Of a stretch of 64,000 bases of DNA, positions 47,977 through 57,606 are shown in pieces (position 1 is the stretch's first letter; the number at the start of each line of letters is the position of its first letter). The notes under the pieces were generated by a model. It ran no database searches, had not been told where the DNA came from, and saw nothing but the letters and a program-made list of their open reading frames with translations. The DNA is from Alphaproteobacteria bacterium (GTDB taxonomy: Bacteria > Pseudomonadota > Alphaproteobacteria > Rs-D84). Made by a program: the position numbers and the translations under genes. The stretch covers positions 4,492 through 68,491 of the forward strand of contig JAGCVZ010000002.1 of NCBI GenBank assembly GCA_017962125.1. The letters run 5' to 3'.

Positions 47977-48468
47977 TTATTTTATAAACTTTTCAAATCT
48001 TGTTGTGTTGGCGTGGGCAAGGGCGATTGCGATGGCATCGCTTTCGTCCGCGGTTTTGGGGTTCGCCGCGGGCAATAAAATTCGCACCATTTTATCGACC
48101 GCGGTTTTATCCGCATGACCCGCGCCGGTTAGAATTTTTTTTACTTTGTTTGGTTCGTATTCGAACACCGGAATATCACGCACGGAAACCGCGACCATTG
48201 CCGCCGCGCGCGCATGCCCCAGAATCAGTGTTGTTGTTGGGTTTTTGTTCACGAACGTTATTTCCATGCTGCATTCGTCGGGTGAAAATGTTTCGCAAAG
48301 TTTTGTGACACCATTGAATATAATTGCAAGCCGTTCGGGCAGTGCACCGGTTTTCTTTGGTAAAATCACACCACTCGCCACATATTTTCTTTCGTTGCCG
48401 TTTGTGTCGATGATTGCCCATCCAGTATGTAAAAGTCCGGGGTCAATTCCGAGTATTCGTTTCGTCAT
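47977..48468 (-). CDS. ruvC: Crossover junction endodeoxyribonuclease
   Basis: ILGIDPG, EYEP..VKK, G.G.ADK, DESDA.AIA. Confidence 0.96.
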   Translation of the reverse strand: MTKRILGIDPGLLHTGWAIIDTNGNERKYVASGVILPKKTGALPERLAIIFNGVTKLCETFSPDECSMEITFVNKNPTTTLILGHARAAAMVAVSVRDIPVFEYEPNKVKKILTGAGHADKTAVDKMVRILLPAANPKTADESDAIAIALAHANTTRFEKFIK

Positions 48469-48472
48469 TTTG

Positions 48473-48811
48473 CTATTTCCTGAAACTTATTTTACCGACA
48501 CATTCTGTGCCAAAGTATTTATTTATTTTCTTTGTGATATCTGGAACCATATAGGACAAATTTAATGTATACGCCGGATTTCGTGGTCGCAATACGATAT
48601 TGTATGTTCCATCACGCATTTTTTTTACCGCACAGATGTCGGCAAGATTCGAAATTTCCGGGCCGATTATTTCCGGCCAACGTGCCACCAAATCAGAATC
48701 AGATGCGCGCACACCGAAAATTTTTAGCAATCCCCCAAGTGCGCCCGCAATGGTTTGTGGACGTTTTGTGCGTTTGGAAAAATCGTTTTTATTTTGGTTT
48801 GACATAGACAT
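48473..48811 (-). CDS. DUF721 / DciA-like protein
   Basis: RWPEIIG, KINKYFG..CV.KI; start at MSMSNQ. Confidence 0.75.
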   Translation of the reverse strand: MSMSNQNKNDFSKRTKRPQTIAGALGGLLKIFGVRASDSDLVARWPEIIGPEISNLADICAVKKMRDGTYNIVLRPRNPAYTLNLSYMVPDITKKINKYFGTECVGKISFRK

Positions 48812-49892
48812 ATTCTTTCGGCATAAGGATATACATTTCGCCCTGGGCATGTTGACCGTGTGCGTATTGATACGCTTCGTCGCCTTTGCCAAAGAATATG
48901 TCGGCGCGTACGAAACCGCGTATCGCACTGCCAGTATCTTGGGCAATCATAAGGCGTCTAAATTTCTGTCCGTTCGAAAGGTTTGTATCGATGTATACGG
49001 GCAAACCCAACGTATACAGCGAATCGTCCATCGCGATACTGCGTATTTTTGAAAGAGGTGTTCCAAGTTTTCCAATTACATCTGGTGGTACAGATTCATA
49101 GAAATATACATATCTCGGATTATTATAGATTACTTCGCGTGCGAGTTTCGGATTTTTCTTTAAATGTTTCCAAACCGCATCCGCAGAATATCCGCCTTCG
49201 GGTTTTATGCCACGGTTGCGTAGTTGTTCGCCAATCGACTTGAAAGGCATATCGTTAACGGCCGCAAAGTTTAATTTTACCATTTTGCCGTCATCAAGTT
49301 TTAACATGCCGCTACCTTGGATTTGTATATTTTGAACATCGACAATGTTTGCCCAATACAGGACTTTACCGATTTTGTCTTTTACTATTTTTTCCTTTGG
49401 TACGCCACGAAAATTCTGACCGTTTGCTGGAACACCCATCAAAGGTTCATTGCATTCGGCGGTTTTTGTACGGCATGCTGGTATTACTGGTGAATAATAC
49501 CCAGTAAATGTTCCTTTGGGTGTTCCGTTGTCATTATAAATTTTATATGGTTGAAAATGTGATTCGAACCAAGCGCGGACAGTTTCGTTACTGGCACTGG
49601 CGCTGGGTAACATGTTGCATTTTTCTTCAAATAATGAGCGGTCAGGTATTATGCGACCTTTGTATTGAATTTTGGCTTTACAAGAATTGCGGAAAGCTTG
49701 GAGTGCGTATCTAACATCGTCGTCGCGCCATCCTGGCAGGTCGGAATAGGATACTCTTTTAAGATTCTCAGATGGAATGGTTGAATTATCGCCTGTGTGC
49801 GTTGGTGTAGAAACGTCGCAAGATGCTAAAATTACACCTGTGATGGCCAGTAAAAAGCCCCGGTTTATTAGTTTTATAATGTTTATTGTCAT
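48789..49892 (-). CDS. mltA: Membrane-bound lytic murein transglycosylase A
   Basis: Lipobox, FTGYY, QIQGSG, NPRYVYF, AQDTGSAIRG, RADIFFG. Confidence 0.93.
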   Translation of the reverse strand: MTINIIKLINRGFLLAITGVILASCDVSTPTHTGDNSTIPSENLKRVSYSDLPGWRDDDVRYALQAFRNSCKAKIQYKGRIIPDRSLFEEKCNMLPSASASNETVRAWFESHFQPYKIYNDNGTPKGTFTGYYSPVIPACRTKTAECNEPLMGVPANGQNFRGVPKEKIVKDKIGKVLYWANIVDVQNIQIQGSGMLKLDDGKMVKLNFAAVNDMPFKSIGEQLRNRGIKPEGGYSADAVWKHLKKNPKLAREVIYNNPRYVYFYESVPPDVIGKLGTPLSKIRSIAMDDSLYTLGLPVYIDTNLSNGQKFRRLMIAQDTGSAIRGFVRADIFFGKGDEAYQYAHGQHAQGEMYILMPKEYVYVKPK

Positions 49893-49972
49893 TTTTTTTA
49901 CCTCCCCCCTTGTAAATTTTCCCTTTGATGCTATATTATCACAAAACGAGTCATAAAAAAAGGAGCAATCGC

Positions 49973-50413
49973 ATGGCTAAGTTCAATATTATATCTCAAT
50001 TTTTGAAAGACATTTCTTTTGAAAGCCCAAACGTGCCGGATTTATTCTTTAAACAAGATAATGGTCAGGCCGAATTGGAAATCAATATAGATATGCAGGT
50101 CAAGGGTTCAGAAAAGAACTTGTTTATGGTTGATTTGATTACAAAAATTCATTCTAAATTAAAGGCTGATTCAAAATCTATATTTTTAATAGAGGCAACA
50201 TATTCAGGTTTGGTGCAGATGGAAGAAGAAAAAGACGAAGAAAAGAAAAAGCGTACGTTGCTTATTGATGTGCCGACATTGTTGTTCCCGGCGGTGCGTG
50301 CATTGGTTACACGTTTGACCGCTGAATCCGGGTTCCCACCGTTCGCAATGCAGATGGTTGACTTCGCAGATTTGTATGAAAAGCGTAATCAAAAGCAAGC
50401 CGAAGCAAAATAG
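49973..50413 (+). CDS. secB: Protein-export chaperone SecB
   Basis: QFLKDISFESP, P.LLFP..R, GFPP...VDF..LY. Confidence 0.93.
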   Translation: MAKFNIISQFLKDISFESPNVPDLFFKQDNGQAELEINIDMQVKGSEKNLFMVDLITKIHSKLKADSKSIFLIEATYSGLVQMEEEKDEEKKKRTLLIDVPTLLFPAVRALVTRLTAESGFPPFAMQMVDFADLYEKRNQKQAEAK

Positions 50414-50416
50414 TTA

Positions 50417-50438
50417 AAACGCACCGAAAGGTGCGTTT
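50417..50438 (+). terminator. Terminator hairpin after secB
   Basis: AAACGCACC-GAAA-GGTGCGTTT. Confidence 0.75.
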
Positions 50439-50570
50439 CTTAGTGTTAGTGGTTAGTGGACTCTGGAATTTTTTCGTAATTGCGGATTTATTCCAGATAC
50501 TACTAACCACTTTTTGCGTTTCGGTCGTTTTTGTGATATATTTATCAGGGTAGGGGGGAAAGTTAGTTTA

Positions 50571-51755
50571 ATGGCCAAAGATAAATATATCTCTATGCGA
50601 AGTTCGCTTAGTGGGTTTTCTTTCGCGAATCTTGGTATTTTTACCGGATTTGCCGATGGTATTTATAATGCTGTTTATTCGTTGGTTATTCTGGAAATCT
50701 TTATGAATTCCGCGATTGTCGGCGTTTATGTTGCGATTTATTCTGTGTTTTGTATGGTCGTTGCGCTTTTTGCGCATGAGATTTTTCGCCAATTTTCCAA
50801 GACCAAGGTTTTCTATTTCGCACTGTTAATGTTGGTTGTGTGCTATGCGATGATGGGTTTTTCCGTGTTGCCACGAACGTTTATTGTTTTGGATTACACC
50901 AGTGGCTTTGCAATCACGCTTACCGCGATGTTGGTGCCACTGTTTATGTCAGATTTTTCACGTGATGTTGGTATGGCGCGGCTAAATTCGCGATATCATT
51001 TGTGGGGGAATGTTGGTGCACTGTTCGCACCGATGTTGGCGGTGATTGTTGCGACCCGATTCGGTAATCGGTCGGCGTTCTTTTTATCATCGGCGATTTA
51101 CTTTGGTGCCTCGGTGTTTTTTAGGTATTTTCATTTAACCCAAGAAGACAAAGTTATAAAACCGGTAAGTCCGCGACGGACGGTGCGCGCACTTTGGCGC
51201 AACACGATGAATTTTTTCAAAACATCGGGAATGAAGCGCGCGTATATCGTGAATTTTGGATATTATTCGTTGCGGGCGATGCGTCTTTTGTATGTGCCGA
51301 TTGTGGTGATAGAGGCCGGATTTACCAAGGATACATTGGGATTGGTTTTAAGTTTTGGTATTGTGCCGTATTTGATTTTGTCGGAAATTATGGGGCATTT
51401 GGTCCGGCGATTCGGAAAAAGTATTTGGTTGATTTTAGGGTTCGGTTCGTTCGCTGCGTTTTCTGTTTGGGCAACATTTGCAACAGGATTGCCTCTGCTT
51501 GCCATATTTGTTTTGTGGCAGATTTCAGGCGCACTGATGGAACCAGTGCATGATTTGTTGTTTTTTGACGGGACAAAGCCGGCACAACAAACAAAGTTTT
51601 ATGGTGTATTCCGCACAAGTTGCAATTTGCCAAGTGTAATTACGCCCGTAATTGGCGCGGCATGTATTGCGGCCTTTGGAACAACAGCGGCGGTTTGGTG
51701 GGTGACGGCCGCAATGGGTATGATTTCAGCGTTGGTTTTGATGAATAAAAAATAA
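50571..51755 (+). CDS. MFS transporter
   Basis: About 12 TM helices, GHLVRRFGK motif-A-like. Confidence 0.8.
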   Translation: MAKDKYISMRSSLSGFSFANLGIFTGFADGIYNAVYSLVILEIFMNSAIVGVYVAIYSVFCMVVALFAHEIFRQFSKTKVFYFALLMLVVCYAMMGFSVLPRTFIVLDYTSGFAITLTAMLVPLFMSDFSRDVGMARLNSRYHLWGNVGALFAPMLAVIVATRFGNRSAFFLSSAIYFGASVFFRYFHLTQEDKVIKPVSPRRTVRALWRNTMNFFKTSGMKRAYIVNFGYYSLRAMRLLYVPIVVIEAGFTKDTLGLVLSFGIVPYLILSEIMGHLVRRFGKSIWLILGFGSFAAFSVWATFATGLPLLAIFVLWQISGALMEPVHDLLFFDGTKPAQQTKFYGVFRTSCNLPSVITPVIGAACIAAFGTTAAVWWVTAAMGMISALVLMNKK

Positions 51756-51810
51756 ATTGCATAGTGGTTTTTTTGCTTGTATTATCCATATGCAAACAAA
51801 GGAAGTTATT

Positions 51811-52884
51811 ATGGCGAAGAAAGAAACAGCGGCCGCTACAACTGGTACTAAAAATCCGGCACTTGAATCGGCGCTTGCACAAATTCAAAAACAATTTGGT
51901 AAAGAAGCAATTATGAAAATGGGCGATGGGTCCCAACAGAATATAGAAGCGATTTCTTCGGGGTCACTGGGGTTAGATATTGCTCTTGGTATCGGTGGTT
52001 ATCCGCGTGGGCGAATCGTTGAAATCTATGGCCCGGAAAGTTCGGGAAAAACAACACTTGCGTTGCACGCGGTGGCCGAAGCGCAAAAGAAAGGTGGTAC
52101 GTGCGCCTATATTGATGCGGAAAATGCTTTGGACCCAAGTTATGCAAAAAAGTTAGGGGTTGATGTTGCAAACCTTATTATATCGCAACCTGATTCGGGT
52201 GAACAGGCGTTGGAAATCGCGGATACGCTTATCAAATCTGGCGCGGTTGATGTTGTTGTTATCGATTCGGTTGCGGCATTGGTGCCAAAGGCAGAATTGG
52301 AAGGCAACATCGGTGATAGTTTTGTTGGAACGACTGCGCGACTGATGAGTCAATCGCTGAAAAAACTCGCAGGGTCTGTGTCACGTAGTAATACTTTGCT
52401 TATCTTTATCAATCAGATTCGTATGAAGATTGGTGTGATGTTTGGAAATCCAGAAACAACCAGTGGTGGCAATGCGCTAAAATTCTATGCTTCGGTGCGG
52501 TTGGATATTCGTCGCACAGGTGCTATTAAAGACAAGGAAAACGTTATTGGAAATGAAACACGGGTCAAGGTTGTGAAAAATAAAGTTGCGCCACCTTTTC
52601 GGACTGTGGATTTCAAAATTATGTATGGTGAAGGCATTTCGCGCATAAGTGAAATCTTGGATATGGGTGTGAAATATGACTTTATCGACAAGGCGGGCAG
52701 TTTCTATTCGTACAATAATGAACGCATAGGCCAGGGCGAGGCGAACGCGCGTCAATGGTTGAAAGATCACCCAGAGGCGCAAGCCGAATTGCTTGATAAA
52801 ATTATGGCGCGTGCGGGTGGTATTGCCGAAGAGATGACAACCGGGCCGTCAGAAGAAACTGATGAAGTTGTGACGGAAGAGTAA
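51811..52884 (+). CDS. recA: Recombinase RecA
   Basis: [32 protein letters not shown]. Confidence 0.99.
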   Translation: MAKKETAAATTGTKNPALESALAQIQKQFGKEAIMKMGDGSQQNIEAISSGSLGLDIALGIGGYPRGRIVEIYGPESSGKTTLALHAVAEAQKKGGTCAYIDAENALDPSYAKKLGVDVANLIISQPDSGEQALEIADTLIKSGAVDVVVIDSVAALVPKAELEGNIGDSFVGTTARLMSQSLKKLAGSVSRSNTLLIFINQIRMKIGVMFGNPETTSGGNALKFYASVRLDIRRTGAIKDKENVIGNETRVKVVKNKVAPPFRTVDFKIMYGEGISRISEILDMGVKYDFIDKAGSFYSYNNERIGQGEANARQWLKDHPEAQAELLDKIMARAGGIAEEMTTGPSEETDEVVTEE

Positions 52885-52890
52885 ATTGTT

Positions 52891-52910
52891 CGGGCGGCGT
52901 TTGTCGCCCG
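52891..52910 (+). terminator. Hairpin after recA
   Basis: CGGGCGGC-GTTT-GTCGCCCG. Confidence 0.6.
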
Positions 52911-52935
52911 GATATTTTGACCAAAAGGAAAAGGA

Positions 52936-53835
52936 ATGAATATAGCTAAAATGTGGGCTATGACACGTGTTGTAATTCGGGGGCATGTGTTTAATTGGCT
53001 GTGGCGTTCGCGTGAGCATCGGCGTGCGGTGCGCAGTGATGTTATATCAAAAATAATTCCAGATTATTTCAAACGCTATCTGCCGGCTGCGGCGGCGATT
53101 CCCGAAAGGAAAATTGTAAAAAATGATAAAGATGAGAAAATTTTTACACTTTGGCTTCAGGGGGAAGAAAATGCACCCGATTTGGTAAAGGCTTGTTTTC
53201 GAAGCGTTCGCCGGTGTTGCAAGCAAGAATTGGTTGTTTTGGATGAAAATTCAGTTCTTGATTATATTACTTTGCCACAGGAAATTATTGATAAATATCG
53301 TGCAGGTAAAATTGCGCGCGCACATTTTGCAGATATTTGTCGCGTGGAATTACTTTACGAGCATGGTGGTTTTTGGCTCGATTCGACTGGCTTTGCAACC
53401 GCGCCAATTCCAGATTGGATTGTTGAACAAGATTTCTTTGTTTATTTAGCAGGTCAGCATGTTGGTAGTCCATATAGTTTTATGCAGAACTGTTTTATTC
53501 GTGCGCGCAAAGGTGCATATTTGTTGGATGCATGGCGGGCGATGATACTTGATTACTGGATGCATGAAAATCATAATTTTGATTACTTTATGCATCAATT
53601 GTTATTCAAAACTTTGGTGCAAAATGATGCACGTGCAAAAAAATATTTTGCAGAAATGCCGCATGTTGACCAAGATCCAACGCATACGCTTTGGTGGGAC
53701 TATAGGGATAAGCCTTTTGATAAGGACACTTTTGACCGTGTTACATCTGGCGCGTTTTTTCAAAAATTGACTTATCGTAGGGCGGATAAACTGGTGCCGG
53801 GGTCGTTTGGCGATGTAATGATAAATAAAATGTAG
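52936..53835 (+). CDS. Capsular polysaccharide synthesis protein (DXD/GT32-like)
   Basis: WLQGEENAP, HFADICR, GGFWLD, DYF, QKLT. Confidence 0.85.
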   Translation: MNIAKMWAMTRVVIRGHVFNWLWRSREHRRAVRSDVISKIIPDYFKRYLPAAAAIPERKIVKNDKDEKIFTLWLQGEENAPDLVKACFRSVRRCCKQELVVLDENSVLDYITLPQEIIDKYRAGKIARAHFADICRVELLYEHGGFWLDSTGFATAPIPDWIVEQDFFVYLAGQHVGSPYSFMQNCFIRARKGAYLLDAWRAMILDYWMHENHNFDYFMHQLLFKTLVQNDARAKKYFAEMPHVDQDPTHTLWWDYRDKPFDKDTFDRVTSGAFFQKLTYRRADKLVPGSFGDVMINKM

Positions 53836-53845
53836 GAATTAAAAT

Positions 53846-54862
53846 ATGCCAAAAATATCAATAATAATTCCAATGTATAATGTCGAAAAGTATTTGCGGC
53901 GGTGTCTGGACAGCGTGCAAAATCAGACTTTTTCAGATTGGCAGGCAATTTGTGTGGATGATGGGTCGCCTGATAAATCTGGGGAAATTGCCGAAGAATA
54001 TGCGGCACGCGATAAGCGGTTTGTAGTTGTTCATAAGGAAAATGGTGGTTTATCTGATGCGCGTAATGCCGGTATGCCGTATGCAAAAGGCGAATATGTT
54101 ATGTTTTTGGATAGTGATGATTTTATTCATCCGCAAACAATGGAAATTGCGTATGCGATGGCGCAGCGTGATAATGCGGATATTGTGGCGTATACTTATG
54201 ATAGATTTTATCGGCCGCAATTGATGGTGTATCACAAGTTAGGTTTGAATACTGATAATGTTCGGCCATTTGGAATTAGAAAAAAATATAATCTGAAAAA
54301 AATAAAATCACTTGTAACTGATGATGTGTTCGAATATGCAACGGAACGTGCGCATAATATGATGAATAAAAAGCGCAAGTGGCTAATTAAACATTGTCAG
54401 GTTTGGAAAAATATGTATCGGCGGGAATTGATTTCGGACATACCGTTTATCAAAGGAATTTTGTTTGAAGATTTTCCGTGGTGGAGTGAGGTTATGTTAA
54501 AAAATCCGCGTGTGACAATTATTAATTTGCCACTTTATTATTATATACCGAACTTTGGTGGAATTGTGCTTTCGGCGAAACAATTACGCATTATGCAATC
54601 GCTCTGTACGGGGATTTCTGGCGCATACAGCGTTTATAAAAAATCTGCAACCGATTATCAAATGAAGAAATGGCAAGAACAATTTATGTGGTATTTTGTA
54701 AATTGGGCTTTTAGAAAAATAAAATATTTGAAGACTGATGATGAATTAAAAGTTGCACGTGAAACATTTGCAGGTTTGAAAAATATGGGTGTGTTTGATT
54801 CTGTGCCAAATGATTGGTTTGAATTGCGAAATAAAATTTATTCTTTTGTTGGGGTGTGTTAG
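53846..54862 (+). CDS. Glycosyltransferase family 2
   Basis: IIIPMYN, DDGS, NGGLSDARN, FLDSDD, ED. Confidence 0.93.
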   Translation: MPKISIIIPMYNVEKYLRRCLDSVQNQTFSDWQAICVDDGSPDKSGEIAEEYAARDKRFVVVHKENGGLSDARNAGMPYAKGEYVMFLDSDDFIHPQTMEIAYAMAQRDNADIVAYTYDRFYRPQLMVYHKLGLNTDNVRPFGIRKKYNLKKIKSLVTDDVFEYATERAHNMMNKKRKWLIKHCQVWKNMYRRELISDIPFIKGILFEDFPWWSEVMLKNPRVTIINLPLYYYIPNFGGIVLSAKQLRIMQSLCTGISGAYSVYKKSATDYQMKKWQEQFMWYFVNWAFRKIKYLKTDDELKVARETFAGLKNMGVFDSVPNDWFELRNKIYSFVGVC

Positions 54863-55870
54863 GTGTCACCAAAAATATCGATAATAATTCCAATATATAA
54901 TGTCGAAAAGTATTTGCGACGGTGTTTGGATAGTGTACAAAATCAAACATTTTCGGATTGGCAGGCGATTTGTGTGGACGATGGGTCCCAAGATAAATCT
55001 GGGGAAATTGCCGAAGAATACGCGCGAAAAGATAGAAGGTTCTTTGTTTTGCATAAAAAAAACGGTGGTCAATCGGATGCGCGCAATGTTGGAACTGAAA
55101 CGGCGACTGGCGAATTTGTAATGTATCTTGATAGTGATGATTTTATTCATCCGCAAGCATTGGAAATACTCTATCAATCGGCGATAGATAATGATGCAGA
55201 TATGGTTGTGTTTAGGTTTGATAATGTGGCGCGAAAACAAATGGAAAAAATGTTGGTGACCGGCGCTGATATTTCAAATTTTGTACCTGATTCTTACAAT
55301 AAAAAATATGATGTGAAAAAAATACCACATATTGTAACTGATTTTATACTAAAATATGCAACTGAACGAGAACACGCGTTGGGTAGATTTAGGGTCAAAA
55401 AATGTTATCCTGTATTGAAAATGTTAAAGCATGATTTGGCGCAAAAATATAAGTTTATACCGGGAATAATTATTGAAGATTTTCCATGGTGGGTGGACAT
55501 TATGTTTGCGCGACCACGAACTGTTATATTGGATGCACCGCTTTATTTCTATGTGCCAAATGCGACATCAAGTCTACATACATCAAAAGCAATGTTTATG
55601 ATAGAATGTGTTTTTGCCGGATTAAAGCATGCGTATATTCTGTGTACTGATGTTGCAACACAAAAAGAGACACGCTGGTTTAATGCGGAATTTTTGTGGC
55701 CTTTTATAATTACGATGAAACGTTTGGCGGCACGTGTGGATAATAAAAAAGATACTGCGCGAATAAAAAATATGTTCATAGAAATGCACAATATGGGCAT
55801 GCTTGAGAACCCGATAAGGATGCGCGCAAAAAAATATAAACATCGCATAGAAAAATTTATATCGCAATAG
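54863..55870 (+). CDS. Glycosyltransferase family 2 (tandem paralog)
   Basis: Same motifs; GTG start; N-terminus nearly identical to the upstream gene. Confidence 0.92.
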   Translation: MSPKISIIIPIYNVEKYLRRCLDSVQNQTFSDWQAICVDDGSQDKSGEIAEEYARKDRRFFVLHKKNGGQSDARNVGTETATGEFVMYLDSDDFIHPQALEILYQSAIDNDADMVVFRFDNVARKQMEKMLVTGADISNFVPDSYNKKYDVKKIPHIVTDFILKYATEREHALGRFRVKKCYPVLKMLKHDLAQKYKFIPGIIIEDFPWWVDIMFARPRTVILDAPLYFYVPNATSSLHTSKAMFMIECVFAGLKHAYILCTDVATQKETRWFNAEFLWPFIITMKRLAARVDNKKDTARIKNMFIEMHNMGMLENPIRMRAKKYKHRIEKFISQ

Positions 55871-56699
55871 TTTTAAAACGGTTCGGAATTTTTACAACCC
55901 ATTTTATTCCCATCATTCCTGGTTTTCCAGGCGCATAGATTGGACGGAATATGCGTTGCATGATGCGGGCGGTTTTTATATAACATTCGCCATGTGCAGT
56001 TTTTGTTGTGGTTAAATTTATCGTTCCATTCCCACGCCGGCGAAGATGATTTACCCAATCGATGCCACGTTTTTCCGCTTTTTTAATTAGCATATTCATA
56101 TCAACTGCGCCAAAGTGAAGCAGATATAAATTTTTATCAATGTGGAAATTGTGGTGGTGTACATGATGAAACCCACTGCCCCAACGGGCCGGTCGCGACA
56201 GTACAACCGGTTTTGTATAACGGGTTGAAAGTAGGGCGTATTCGCGTTGTGACAGCATCGGTTTCGATTGGTTGAGTGGTTTTTCGGTTTTCATATTTTG
56301 TCCGATGTCGAGTCCGATTCCGGAAACTGTTGTTTTGATTCTTATCCATGATAAATATTCGCGCAAAGATTTTTTTGCGGTTGGGTCAACAATCAAAAAT
56401 TCATCACTATCGCAACCAATAACAATGTCGTAAGTTTTGAAAAGTTCGTTTGCTAAATCTGATATTTTTCCAATTCTGTATTTATCGCCAGCGATGCGTG
56501 ACATATCGGTATGTGGTAATTTTATTATATTTACACCGTCTGAATTTTTTGGTTCGTTTTGATCGGTGCCATCAAGGATAATATAAAGATTTTCTTTGCC
56601 TAGTTCGCGCCCATAATAATCAACCCATTTGCTTAAAAAAAATTCATCATTTCGTGCCATCGTTATGGCGGCAATTTTTTTTATTTGTGTTTTTTGCAC
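55857..56699 (-). CDS. Glycosyltransferase family 2-like protein
   Basis: TMARND.FFL, DSDEFL, GFH, LLHF. Confidence 0.8.
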   Translation of the reverse strand: MQKTQIKKIAAITMARNDEFFLSKWVDYYGRELGKENLYIILDGTDQNEPKNSDGVNIIKLPHTDMSRIAGDKYRIGKISDLANELFKTYDIVIGCDSDEFLIVDPTAKKSLREYLSWIRIKTTVSGIGLDIGQNMKTEKPLNQSKPMLSQREYALLSTRYTKPVVLSRPARWGSGFHHVHHHNFHIDKNLYLLHFGAVDMNMLIKKAEKRGIDWVNHLRRRGNGTINLTTTKTAHGECYIKTARIMQRIFRPIYAPGKPGMMGIKWVVKIPNRFKTIAI

Positions 56700-57553
56700 A
56701 TTATCCTCGATATTGTATATTTTATTTTTCTTAGTATTATTTTAACAATGTTTCTTGTTAAAAGCCAATCAATATATTCATCGCCCCATGTCATACGTGC
56801 GGATGCTAAAATATCATTGCGCAAAGATGGTTGTAATCTGTTCAAAACAAATAAAATCTGTCGACCAAAAGACCCATAATGACGAGTCCATGCTAATTTT
56901 TTCATAAATGGCATTTTAATTAGATATAGATGTTTTATACGGTTATAAATGCCACGGTTAAATATGTTGTACAAGCAGCACCATTCAATATTGTATTTGT
57001 TTAACAATCGTGTAAAACCGTTTTCGTAAAGTGCGGTTACCATGGTTTTATATTTTACTTTTTTTACCGAAGTGATAAATCTATTAAACCATTGTGATAA
57101 GAAAATCTTTGGTGTCATGCCGATAAACCAAGACTGAATATGTTCGAATCTTCCGCCGGTTTTTTTGACCATACCGAATGCATCGGTACCAAAAGATTCC
57201 ATTTTATGTAAGTACGGTTCAATATCAAACAATGGACCGTATACGCTGTCGTTCACCATATACATAAAATCATAACTTGATAAATCTGTGTTTTCGGTTG
57301 CCCAAATAAATGCGCGTTTATACGAACCAAAATCATATTCACCATGACGCGTCGCGGCAACATAAAGACAGTATGGTTTAATCTTTGCAATTTCAGATTC
57401 ATCGCAATCAGAATCCATCACCAAGACACAATCGCCATGTTGTGAAAGTTCACGAACCTGGTGCAAAAGCGCGGGATTGATTTTTCCGTTTTTGTCGTAA
57501 CCCGCGATTAAAAAGATGCGATTAATCCTCTGCATGTATGTCATTATAAACAT
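56681..57553 (-). CDS. Rhamnan synthesis F (RgpF)-like protein
   Basis: AGYD, YDFGSYK, NDSVYGP, HIQSWF, YE.GF. Confidence 0.8.
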   Translation of the reverse strand: MFIMTYMQRINRIFLIAGYDKNGKINPALLHQVRELSQHGDCVLVMDSDCDESEIAKIKPYCLYVAATRHGEYDFGSYKRAFIWATENTDLSSYDFMYMVNDSVYGPLFDIEPYLHKMESFGTDAFGMVKKTGGRFEHIQSWFIGMTPKIFLSQWFNRFITSVKKVKYKTMVTALYENGFTRLLNKYNIEWCCLYNIFNRGIYNRIKHLYLIKMPFMKKLAWTRHYGSFGRQILFVLNRLQPSLRNDILASARMTWGDEYIDWLLTRNIVKIILRKIKYTISRIMCKKHK

Positions 57554-57606
57554 AAAAGATTTTTAACACAAACAAAAACCGCCATTGGCTTGGCGGATAT
57601 TTGTTT

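Noticed and set aside
51757-51810. LexA box upstream of recA
   Set aside because: No GTTC-N7-GTTC or GAAC-N7-GAAC alphaproteobacterial box is visible.
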